A DNA stretch of 64,000 nt, taken from the IMG/VR virus record IMGVR_UViG_2565956624_000008; one strand, given 5' to 3'. Position 1 is the first letter of the stretch, and every line of letters begins with the position of its first letter. The DNA is from a virus. Lineage: Duplodnaviria; Heunggongvirae; Uroviricota; Caudoviricetes. Shown here in pieces: positions 55,481-64,000 of this stretch. The notes beneath the pieces are model-generated. The model did not search any database. It worked only from the letters and a program-made list of their open reading frames with translations, and was not told the origin of the DNA. The translations under genes were made by a program, and so were the position numbers.

Positions 55481-58457
55481 TATTTAGCTCCTTTGCCACA
55501 CCTAATAACAGTTCCAGCAATCCGTCACCATTCATCAGTGATGCGGCAGCGGCCTCTTTGTCATGATACAACTGAAGAGCCATAGAGAATACTTCCGTTG
55601 CTGACGTTTTGGAAATAGTCGGTGATTTCTGCCGAATTTTCCCGGTGTTACTTACTGAGGCTGGCGGGTATACCTTCGCCATATAAATATTACTCAATCG
55701 AGATCTGAAGCACCATTCAGGCTTGCCACGCCCACCGATATTGACGAAAGATGGCTTATCCCCTTCAACATTGGCCTTCAGGAATGACCGGGCTTTCTCT
55801 AACAAACCAGGGTTACTGTACTCAAGATGATGACCCAGCTCGTGCCACAGTGCACTTGCATTTTCATCGTTCAAATTGACAGCAACAACACCATTAAGAT
55901 TTGCATATGCCCTTCCCTGGTGGTGAACTACCTTTGATAAGGTCGATATTTTCCCGCCGGTCAGGCGATAAATATCAGCAAGTTCCTTGCGCAGGTCTAT
56001 CCCACCATTCTGTCCAGCGCGGACTTCTTCCACTTCTTCTGTGATAAAAGAGTCGGCCCACTCAAGAGCTTTTTCTTCAGATACGGATGAGTTTGCGATC
56101 GCACTGTTCATGGCAGATAACACTTTCTCGTGGACCGAACCCATACTTCGCTGATTCATTTGCCAGCGTATCTGCGGGTTATATGAGAATCGCTTAAGTA
56201 GTTGGTCAAGCTGCTCAAGTTCTTCTTCACTGACATACTTTTTAGCCTCACCAATAATGCCAGGGAGAATATTGCCGTTAGGATTAAACGCTCGCGAAAG
56301 GAAGAGTTTCAGCGCCCCCATGCCCTCCGATGCTTCAATATCACCAATAACCCGGTTAACAATGGCCGCACTCTTCGGATTAGCATCCGCCAACGCTCTG
56401 GCTACGATTTGCAGGGACGATACGACCTCACGCTGCATATCAGTCCTGATCTCATCAATAAACTCTGGCGTTATGCCGTGCTCTTTAAGAATATCCCGGC
56501 CTTCCGCCGTTACCCCATCGATATCACCGACATGTTTATTAACACGACTTTGCAATGCCTTAAATGCCTTCAGAATTCCACGGGCATCATCCGCTTTACT
56601 AACGGCCTTCCTGAATGCTGGCAAGAAGTCTGAGTTAACCTCATTTTGTTGATCGGCCCACTGAATGGAGGCTTCTTTCATCTCGTCCAGAGTCAGATCA
56701 CCCAACGCGGTATGGTCTGTGAATATGAGCGACAACCTCTGAACCATTTCTGCCAATGGTGATGCCGAATGCGCCGCGCTAAGGAATGCTTTCACCCTGG
56801 TTGGGCGAATGGAAAACCAGTCAATAGCTGGTGGCATATCTCCGTTTTTTATCGCCTGCGCTATCTCGTCAAAGCCATCGCGCCCAAGGGAGGATGCGTG
56901 ATTTAACAAGCCGCGAAGTAACGAATTGCTGATACCGAATAATCGGCACCATTTTTTCACGTCGGCAACAGGCATTCGAACAAAATGCGCAAGCACTTGT
57001 ACAAGCTGTTCATCCTGGGGATCTGTGCGGGAAAGCAGCCTGATCAGATGAATAATGTCTTTGATGCCGGATGCCCGATGTAATAGCAAACTGGTATACG
57101 GAGCAACACCGTTGTAACTACCGCCGGAAACGGACTCGAAAAGACCGCCGGATATCCCTTGCATGCCTTCGTTTTCCAGTTCCTGAGACACCTGGCGAAG
57201 GATATCCTGTAACGACACATCGCCGCCGCCAAACATATCCCCCAGCGCCTGGCCCTGGTGCTGTAACTCATCATTGATACGTTGAGCCATCAACTTAAAG
57301 GCGGTGGCCATACGCTTCGCGCTACGGTTATTCGCGACGATGAACAACGCGAGTGCTTTCACTTCCGGGGCCGTTTCGCTGAACATATCCCCCTGAGCAA
57401 TAACATCGGTAATATGCTGGCCTGACTCCTTCGATTGCCTTACCAGGTCTACCGCATCTTTCAATGCCGCCAGCGCCTTTTTATCGAGGCTATCCGCTGT
57501 CTCAATGCCATCAACAATAGTTGTCACAGCCTGCTTGTGCGCTTCTCCTGATAAAGCCTGCATCTGGACAAAATCATTGGCTGCCGCATTAAGCGCCGTC
57601 AGAACATTACGCATATCCGGATCAGGTTCTTCTGCAACCATCCTTACCAGGCGCGCATCCTTATATGCCTTGGCAAAGATCGCGTTTTGTATACGGTCTA
57701 CAAGTTGCCGTGTTGGTCGCCCATCTTCAGTTACAAGGCCAGCCGCCTGTGTGGCACCAACTTGCGTCATAAATCCGCGAATAAACGCGTCATTACTGCG
57801 GCTAAGCAGATCTCCACTTTCTGACGGGTTAAACAACGCCATCATCGCCGGTGTTATGCTGTCGGCATCAACAAAAGCCTTTTCACTGGCTGCCATTTCC
57901 TGGAGATCAGAAATATTTGAGTCCTTGGCAAACTGAACACGGTCAACCTTCGTTAACCGGCGGCGCACCAGTACCGGAGCCGTCATTGATTCAACCTTTT
58001 CAGGCCGTATGCCGAATTCGGTCGCATGTTCAATCAGGTACTCCCGATACCGATCCGCATTACCGTCCTGATAGGCTTTAATGATCCCCATGGTCCGCCC
58101 ATTACCTGACTCAACGGCATTGTCCTCACCAATTATTGGCGCACCATGGCTGGATAAACCGGAATCAGTAAGCTGAGCTGGCCGCAAATCTTTGGATATC
58201 TGGTTAACCTGAAGAAGGCTGGATGCGCGGGTCCGGTCGCGCGGCTGAAGTTCCTGGGGATAGTCAGGATTAATTTTCCCATCCAGAGTATTGGATACCA
58301 AAAGAGCTGAGGCATCGACGATATCAAACGCTGTTTTTACCTCGTCTCCCTTCGCTGTCACCACATACGAAACCCGCCCATAATCGGGCAGGTTCTTTAG
58401 CAGCTCGATCAGCGTTTCTATGCTGGTGGCCATTACCACCTGATCGCTTAAGCTCAT
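55470..58457 (-). CDS. large virion-associated protein with HExxH zincin-like motif, 995 aa (P1 DdrB-like by position)
   Basis: WHELGHHLE motif near C-terminus; position downstream of darA. Confidence 0.65.
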   Translation of the reverse strand: MSLSDQVVMATSIETLIELLKNLPDYGRVSYVVTAKGDEVKTAFDIVDASALLVSNTLDGKINPDYPQELQPRDRTRASSLLQVNQISKDLRPAQLTDSGLSSHGAPIIGEDNAVESGNGRTMGIIKAYQDGNADRYREYLIEHATEFGIRPEKVESMTAPVLVRRRLTKVDRVQFAKDSNISDLQEMAASEKAFVDADSITPAMMALFNPSESGDLLSRSNDAFIRGFMTQVGATQAAGLVTEDGRPTRQLVDRIQNAIFAKAYKDARLVRMVAEEPDPDMRNVLTALNAAANDFVQMQALSGEAHKQAVTTIVDGIETADSLDKKALAALKDAVDLVRQSKESGQHITDVIAQGDMFSETAPEVKALALFIVANNRSAKRMATAFKLMAQRINDELQHQGQALGDMFGGGDVSLQDILRQVSQELENEGMQGISGGLFESVSGGSYNGVAPYTSLLLHRASGIKDIIHLIRLLSRTDPQDEQLVQVLAHFVRMPVADVKKWCRLFGISNSLLRGLLNHASSLGRDGFDEIAQAIKNGDMPPAIDWFSIRPTRVKAFLSAAHSASPLAEMVQRLSLIFTDHTALGDLTLDEMKEASIQWADQQNEVNSDFLPAFRKAVSKADDARGILKAFKALQSRVNKHVGDIDGVTAEGRDILKEHGITPEFIDEIRTDMQREVVSSLQIVARALADANPKSAAIVNRVIGDIEASEGMGALKLFLSRAFNPNGNILPGIIGEAKKYVSEEELEQLDQLLKRFSYNPQIRWQMNQRSMGSVHEKVLSAMNSAIANSSVSEEKALEWADSFITEEVEEVRAGQNGGIDLRKELADIYRLTGGKISTLSKVVHHQGRAYANLNGVVAVNLNDENASALWHELGHHLEYSNPGLLEKARSFLKANVEGDKPSFVNIGGRGKPEWCFRSRLSNIYMAKVYPPASVSNTGKIRQKSPTISKTSATEVFSMALQLYHDKEAAAASLMNGDGLLELLLGVAKELNNAD

Positions 58458-58469
58458 CCCTGTTACGCC

Positions 58470-58835
58470 TTATGCTGCCTCTTTAATGTTGGCGGCTATC
58501 CATGCCGCAGTGTGCTGTTTAACCTGGTCCAGGTCGATGTATGTGCCAACATATTGACTCAAATCCTGCAAGGTACCGATAAATGCATCGGTGCTCTGAT
58601 CGACGAATTTATCAGCCAGGAAATCAGCAACCAGTTTTGGCACACCATCATGTTCCGAAGGTTGTTTTTCCTCGCCACTACCACCGCCGGACGCGCCGTA
58701 CCCCATCTGTTGCATGATCTGGTCAATTTCATCGCTGATATCCAGCAACTCCATGCCACTCGCGGTCGCCGCTTTGGACATCAGAGCATCCAACTTATCG
58801 CTGAGATCCATTAACTCAATAGCTGATAGTGTCAT
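58470..58835 (-). CDS. small acidic protein, 121 aa (P1 DdrA-like by position)
   Basis: Operon context. Confidence 0.55.
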   Translation of the reverse strand: MTLSAIELMDLSDKLDALMSKAATASGMELLDISDEIDQIMQQMGYGASGGGSGEEKQPSEHDGVPKLVADFLADKFVDQSTDAFIGTLQDLSQYVGTYIDLDQVKQHTAAWIAANIKEAA

Positions 58836-60751
58836 ACCGCTACCCCCGCTTTCTGGATTGCTACCAACAGATCAGCCAGGTGGCGAGCTGCGCCGTTAAC
58901 CAGCTCTTCGTTTTCCTCAAAACGTCCGGCAGCCTGAAGGGCTGCAATCGCTTCCCGGACATTGCCCCGGGCGTTACGGATCTCCGCCATGTCAGTGCTT
59001 TGTATATCCATCACGTTATTGAGATATTCAATGGCTTTATTAGCCTCTGCATCTGCTTCGCTAACCGTTTCATCAGGCTGTGCCGGGGCCGGTTCTGGCT
59101 GAGTAATCTCACCGACTTCGGCCTGCAATGCATTGATCATGCTCTGCACCATTTTCTCGGTGCCAGCGCCACCCGGAAACGCAATATTGGGGAAAGTTTT
59201 TTGAAACTGAGTTTTCAGCATTACGCGGAACTCGTCTGGTGAGCTGGTGGCCTGCTCCAGAGCTTTTTGTGCATATTTGCCAAATGGACCATTAGTAAGT
59301 GTCTTCGCCAGGAAGTCGAAAGAATCCTCGCGAGGCAATAACTTCAGGTCGTACTCGCTCATTTGCTGATCAGAAAGCGGGGTATCGTAAGTAGCAATGC
59401 CGTAGCGTGCATATTCATAATACGGGTCACCTTCATCAGGGCGTGGCAGAATTGCTTTGTTACCTTCAGGTATTGCGCCAGGGGCCGCCGGACGCATTTG
59501 CAGGGCATATCGATATGCACCTATAGAGACTTCTGGTTCAGGCGAAGAGCTACCGGTATCCTCCGCTGGTTCAGGTTCGACGTTTTCCGGTTTATGTTCT
59601 TCTGGTTGGACCAGGTATTCCGATACATTACCCGCTTTATAGGCTTTAAACAGCTTGCCGATCGCATCTGCCATGTCCACACCCTGTATGGATTTAGCCT
59701 TGATCATGTACACGCTGCCATCCGAATCGGTTAACTGGATATACCCTTCACCGTCCTCAATGAATTGCTTCATTGATGCACCATTACTGAGCGTCACTTC
59801 CCCGTTCATATGCATACGATTTTTGATACTTGCAAGGCGATCCGTCATCGCGCGAGAGTGTCCACCTGTCATCCCCGCAGGAGCAATGGTTTCGCGCCCA
59901 CCAGTGCGATTGAGCTGATCAATCTCCGTCTGCAAACGCTCATTCTCTTCATAAAGAGAATCCGCTTCCGATGCAACAGCGTTAATTTTCTGCTCCAGAT
60001 CTACCTTCTGCCCTTCTACCGCTGCCACCTGATCCGCGAGGTCGCTCATGGCATCCTCTTTCTGGTCACTGTCAGCCTGTAGTTGGGTTATTTCATCAAC
60101 CAGGGCTTTTTTCTTCTTCTGCGCACGCTGGAATTTTGCCGAGTTTTTCTCTGCAAGGTTGGCAAGTTTCATGGTGACCTGCGCCAGCGTCATATCACGT
60201 CCACTCATCGGAGCAACGGTGTGAGTAACGTCTTTTTTATTCAGTAAGAACTGGAAAGCAACCAGCGTATCGCTATTGGTGATCCGGTTTTCCGCTGTCG
60301 GGCTATGAAACAGAATGCTGATAGTCTGACCATCACTGAGCGGAATAATGGCTGGCAGGACCGGCAGCCCGTTAACGTTACGTGCCCGGCCAATTTCAGC
60401 GCCGCCGATCGCGCGCGCGCCGCTCTGGGCCACATCCCCCGTTTTATCACTCCCCGCAGAGATTCCGGTACCATTCAGCTTCTGGTTCAATGCCCGGACA
60501 AATGCCTGCATGGTCCGGTGTAACTGCAAACGAGTAGAACTAATCGCCTCCAGTAAATCCGTAGCACACCAGTGGATCGGCGTGTCATAGAAGAACGTAG
60601 CCTCGATTTCCTCCAGGGTGTTGGATTCCGTCATCAGATAGCGGTCCTCACCGGCCATTAATGCGCGATATTCATCATCAGTCACTGGCGGGGGAAGCAC
60701 GTCAAGCCCAGGCTTGATCGTCACCCCTTTATTGATATTGAACTGTTCCAT
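58832..60751 (-). CDS. darA: DarA-like antirestriction/capsid internal protein, 639 aa
   Basis: Size and operon position match P1 DarA. Confidence 0.75.
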   Translation of the reverse strand: MEQFNINKGVTIKPGLDVLPPPVTDDEYRALMAGEDRYLMTESNTLEEIEATFFYDTPIHWCATDLLEAISSTRLQLHRTMQAFVRALNQKLNGTGISAGSDKTGDVAQSGARAIGGAEIGRARNVNGLPVLPAIIPLSDGQTISILFHSPTAENRITNSDTLVAFQFLLNKKDVTHTVAPMSGRDMTLAQVTMKLANLAEKNSAKFQRAQKKKKALVDEITQLQADSDQKEDAMSDLADQVAAVEGQKVDLEQKINAVASEADSLYEENERLQTEIDQLNRTGGRETIAPAGMTGGHSRAMTDRLASIKNRMHMNGEVTLSNGASMKQFIEDGEGYIQLTDSDGSVYMIKAKSIQGVDMADAIGKLFKAYKAGNVSEYLVQPEEHKPENVEPEPAEDTGSSSPEPEVSIGAYRYALQMRPAAPGAIPEGNKAILPRPDEGDPYYEYARYGIATYDTPLSDQQMSEYDLKLLPREDSFDFLAKTLTNGPFGKYAQKALEQATSSPDEFRVMLKTQFQKTFPNIAFPGGAGTEKMVQSMINALQAEVGEITQPEPAPAQPDETVSEADAEANKAIEYLNNVMDIQSTDMAEIRNARGNVREAIAALQAAGRFEENEELVNGAARHLADLLVAIQKAGVAV

Positions 60752-60752
60752 G

Positions 60753-61364
60753 TTAATTTCCTGCTTTCAGTTGCTTAAGACGGCGTTTGAGTTCGCCATT
60801 TCGGGCCTTTTCGTTATTGAGTCGGCCTGTCTCCTTATCCAGCTTCGCCCGCAAATCAGTGATCTGCTGTTGATTGAAAGACACCGAGTTCTGCGCTGAT
60901 TTATAAGCGGCAACCACCTGAGCATTCCGCTGTTTTGCCTCTTGCAGGCGCTGAAAGTTGGATTTTACTGCCGGTTTCTTGTCTACCGGATTGGCAACAC
61001 GTTTCGCTTTGGCGATCAGTGATTTCTGGAATTTTGCGGAGTTTTTGCGGGCCGCTTGCCCCATGACGGTACCAAGCGTCTTGATATCCGGCGATTGAGC
61101 GTTAGGAATAGCTTTTCCATTCAGCCTCACAGACGATATATCGCCAGTATCGTTTACCTGTATGGCAAGAATTTGTCCGTCGTTAAGAACCAGCTTTGCG
61201 GTTTTAACTTTAACGCCATCTTTCGTTGTTGCGCGGTTGCTGGAGTCAACCTCAATTACCGTAACACTGGTTTTATTGATCGCCGCGATAAGGGATTTCA
61301 GCCCCTTTTCATTAACCTGGTCAAAATCGACCGTTGCATACTTATTTTTCGTCATCTGACACAT
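60753..61364 (-). CDS. basic protein, 203 aa (P1 Hdf-like by position)
   Basis: Operon context upstream of darA. Confidence 0.55.
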   Translation of the reverse strand: MCQMTKNKYATVDFDQVNEKGLKSLIAAINKTSVTVIEVDSSNRATTKDGVKVKTAKLVLNDGQILAIQVNDTGDISSVRLNGKAIPNAQSPDIKTLGTVMGQAARKNSAKFQKSLIAKAKRVANPVDKKPAVKSNFQRLQEAKQRNAQVVAAYKSAQNSVSFNQQQITDLRAKLDKETGRLNNEKARNGELKRRLKQLKAGN

Positions 61365-61785
61365 CCTGTGCGAGATTTATTACGTAACTTCTGCGGATTT
61401 GCTGAGTAACAGGGAAAATCCGATACAACGGGTTAATGAACGAGTCGCCATGCGTAACCATGACGTTGAAATGCCACAGCCGTTCTCCTTTACCCATATA
61501 TTCAGTGGGTATGTACAACCATTCACTGTTTTCGCCCTGTTCAGCCGACGTCAGACAACGTTGTTCGCCTTCAATCACTGTCGTCGGCTTCTGAACATCG
61601 CGGATCCAATATCTGACCGTTGCGCCGCGCAAAAACGGGAATTTAGACCGGTATTTGAACGGCACCCGGATGAAACCCGGTTTAATTTCCACATCACCAA
61701 GTTCTAAATGCGTGATGTCCTTGCGTTTTAGCAAATAGCGATCGGCTAAGGCTAACGCAAGAACGCATACACCCCAGCCAATCAT
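61342..61785 (-). CDS. lydB: putative antiholin, 147 aa
   Basis: Immediately downstream of holin-like gene, as in P1. Confidence 0.6.
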   Translation of the reverse strand: MIGWGVCVLALALADRYLLKRKDITHLELGDVEIKPGFIRVPFKYRSKFPFLRGATVRYWIRDVQKPTTVIEGEQRCLTSAEQGENSEWLYIPTEYMGKGERLWHFNVMVTHGDSFINPLYRIFPVTQQIRRSYVINLAQDVSDDEK

Positions 61786-62111
61786 TTCCCGCCTCCCTTT
61801 TTCACCAAACTTGTAAGAACATTCAGAATGCTATCGATATTCACTCGTTTCATCCCTGAAATCACCTCATGACCGTTATTGCTGGCTATCGTTACCATTA
61901 AGTACGTAATTGATAACTCCCAGCCCTCGTGTTGCCCCAATAGGTACGCCACCGCGCCAGCTGTCACTGCAACAAAGATCTCCGTAACCAATCCCAACAA
62001 ATTGCCAGACTGGCGACCGTCTCGGACATCCATCAGGAACGTGCCTATCCCACCAATTACTGAAAGCAGGAGCGCAATAGCAACTGGAGCTAATTCCTGT
62101 GTGTCAAGCAC
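61782..62111 (-). CDS. lydA: putative holin, 109 aa
   Basis: Multiple TM helices; charged C-terminus KKGGGK. Confidence 0.65.
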   Translation of the reverse strand: MLDTQELAPVAIALLLSVIGGIGTFLMDVRDGRQSGNLLGLVTEIFVAVTAGAVAYLLGQHEGWELSITYLMVTIASNNGHEVISGMKRVNIDSILNVLTSLVKKGGGK

Positions 62112-62185
62112 AAGTTCCCTCCTACGTTGTCAGGAGGTAATGGTATGCAAAGTAACTTCTCAACCGGTTATGTTGCATAAGAGAC

Positions 62186-62449
62186 TTACCTATTCAACCG
62201 ACTTTTGGAACCTTCAATAATAAGCCTGCTATTGGCGCTGAAAATAAGAACCATGCAGCTCTGAAGGCTTTCATTCATATCCTTATATTCCGCGAGATAC
62301 ATGCCAATAAAGCCAGCAAGTACGGCGGAAATACATTCGGCCAGCAATTTCTTGCATGAAGACTCGTAACGGTTTTCACATAGCCCACTCAAATACGAAT
62401 ACACCCCACCAAGAAGGGATAACATCACGATATGTACATAAAATGTCAT
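62186..62449 (-). CDS. small membrane protein, 87 aa
   Basis: Two hydrophobic helices; AT-rich. Confidence 0.45.
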   Translation of the reverse strand: MTFYVHIVMLSLLGGVYSYLSGLCENRYESSCKKLLAECISAVLAGFIGMYLAEYKDMNESLQSCMVLIFSANSRLIIEGSKSRLNR

Positions 62450-62576
62450 TTTTTACCTATACAACAGTAAGTTGAACAACATCTGAGAACGGTATGCACT
62501 TTGTGATTTCCACACACACTGGTTTTGTTAATTAAAACCTGTAGCTTGCAATAAATAACGATAGTGGGCAGAAAAT

Positions 62577-62790
62577 ATGCTAATAGGCTATGTACGCATA
62601 TAGACAAATGAACAAAACACAGCTATGCAGTGAAAAGCACTTGAAAGCGCAGGATGTGAGCTAATTTTTGCGAATAAGGCGAGCAGCAAAAAGGCTGGGC
62701 ACCCTGGGTTAAAAAAGGTTCTGCGTATGCTTTCCAGAGGTGATACCCTAGTCTCGGGCTAGGGACAACATTTCGAGGACAGTTTTCATT
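62577..62790 (+). pseudogene. remnant of a serine-recombinase DNA invertase gene (N-terminal about 70 codons with in-frame stops, then truncated)
   Basis: Translates as MLIGYVRI* TNEQNTAMQ* KALESAGCELIF...PGLKKVLRMLSRGDTLV, the conserved invertase N-terminus interrupted by nonsense codons. Confidence 0.7.
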
Positions 62791-62884
62791 AGCGGTCAGC
62801 AGGCGCTAGATACATCGAATTGATGTGCCGCGCGATAAATGTACCTATTCTATCAAGATAAATTACACCGACGCGGCATTAGAA

Positions 62885-63457
62885 TTACAGCTCAGATTGA
62901 GTTTGGCGCTTCTCTACAGGATGATAACGATAAATCGTCGATACACCGATATCGTAAATAATTGCCAACTGTTTCCTGCTGTAGCCATTTTCGATCAACC
63001 TCGCTATTTGCTCATGTTGTTCTTTTGTCAACTTCGGGCGACGTCCGCCAATGCGTCCCTGTTCGCGTGCAGCTGCCAGTCCGGCCAGTGTTCTCTCAAC
63101 AATTAATTCACGTTCCATTTCTGCTAAAGCCCCCATGACGTGAAAAAAGAAACGCCCCATGGGTGTTGATGTGTCAATACTGTCTGTCAGACTACGGAAA
63201 TTAACACCTTTTTCCCGCAACTCCTCTATAAGCGTGATAAGGTGTTTCATACTTCTGCCAAGCCTATCCAGCTTCCAGACAACCAGCGTATCTCCTTCTG
63301 ATAACGTTCTGAGCAGCTTTTTCAAGCCTGGTCTGGCTGACTTTGTTCCGCTTATTTTATCTTCAAAAATCAGTTCACATCCTGCGCAGTTCAGTGCATT
63401 TCTTTGTAAATCTGTGTTTTGGTCATTTGTTGACACACGAATGTAGCCAATTTGCAT
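62885..63457 (-). CDS. cin: Cin DNA invertase (serine recombinase), 190 aa
   Basis: MQIGYIRVSTNDQNTDLQRNAL ... VVWKLDRLGRSM ... C-terminal HTH; adjacent to invertible tail-fibre segment. Confidence 0.9.
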   Translation of the reverse strand: MQIGYIRVSTNDQNTDLQRNALNCAGCELIFEDKISGTKSARPGLKKLLRTLSEGDTLVVWKLDRLGRSMKHLITLIEELREKGVNFRSLTDSIDTSTPMGRFFFHVMGALAEMERELIVERTLAGLAAAREQGRIGGRRPKLTKEQHEQIARLIENGYSRKQLAIIYDIGVSTIYRYHPVEKRQTQSEL

Positions 63458-63519
63458 GAAAAACAACCTCTTTGTTTAGTTAAAAATACATCGTTGGTAT
63501 AGGTAGGGATTAAGACTAA

Positions 63520-64000
63520 AACGTTGGTTTGGGGGAAGGCTCAGCATTGCCTGTTGGCGTACCTGTTCCGTGGCCCTCAGCCACACCTCCAACGGGGTGG
63601 CTGAAATGCAATGGTGCAGCATTTTCTTCTGAAATGTATCCCAAACTGGCAAAAGCCTACCCCACCAATAAATTACCGGATTTACGGGGAGAATTTATTC
63701 GCGGCTGGGATGATGGGCGCGGGGTGGATGCGGGACGTGCTTTATTGAGCATTCAGACAGGAATGCTGGAAAAGCACCGACATATTGTTGTAGCCAATGA
63801 TGGTTACGACACAAAAGATGAATGGGAGCTGGCGACAATTTTCAAAAAAACATACACACAAGGACGGGGACTTGATGCCGCAAATACAGGAGGGAGTCTG
63901 ATCCCATCACCGACACTTCATTCACGAGGGAGTATCGGTAATACTGGCGGGAGTGAAACCCGTCCACGAAATATCGCATTTAATTACATCGTAAGGGCGG
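63520..64000 (+). CDS. 5-prime end of an invertible tail-fibre variable cassette (Sv-prime-like), no own start codon, continues beyond window
   Basis: Open frame from 63520 encoding PVPWPSATPPTGWLKCNGAAFSSEMYPKLAKAYPT..., typical of Mu/P1 tail-fibre variable C-termini. Confidence 0.6.

Overview
This window reads as a large segment of a P1-like (Punavirus) phage-plasmid genome, recognised from protein sequence and gene order. Recognisable backbone, left to right: RdgC homolog and fused C5/N6 DNA methyltransferase (dmt); tRNA-Asn, tRNA-Thr, SPFH lipoprotein, tRNA-Ile(CAU); DnaB-like helicase (ban); a minus-strand baseplate/virion block; a block of small genes of unknown function including a Ser/Thr phosphatase (ppp) and tandem paralog arrays; hot, humD, phd-doc; pacA (with internal pac hexamer clusters) and pacB; immC (c1, coi); cre; ref; lxc-ulx-darB; portal and protease; SAR endolysin (lyz); ssb; the darA operon with lydA/lydB; cin invertase and the start of the invertible tail-fibre segment. 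At least 13 C1-operator-like 17-mers (ATTGCTCTAATAAATTT family) and one LexA box are scattered through it. The most notable cargo is a single AT-rich SIR2-family gene (40334-41641) sitting where P1 carries its type III res-mod restriction system; no res, mod or IS1 genes are seen in the window. Other unexplained items are a cluster of degenerate hairpin repeats around the tRNA genes, a possible small RNA downstream of dmt, an invertase pseudogene next to cin, and no canonical loxP found by eye upstream of cre. All calls are from manual reading of the sequence and ORF track; no database search was run, and gene names assigned by synteny are from memory of the P1 map.
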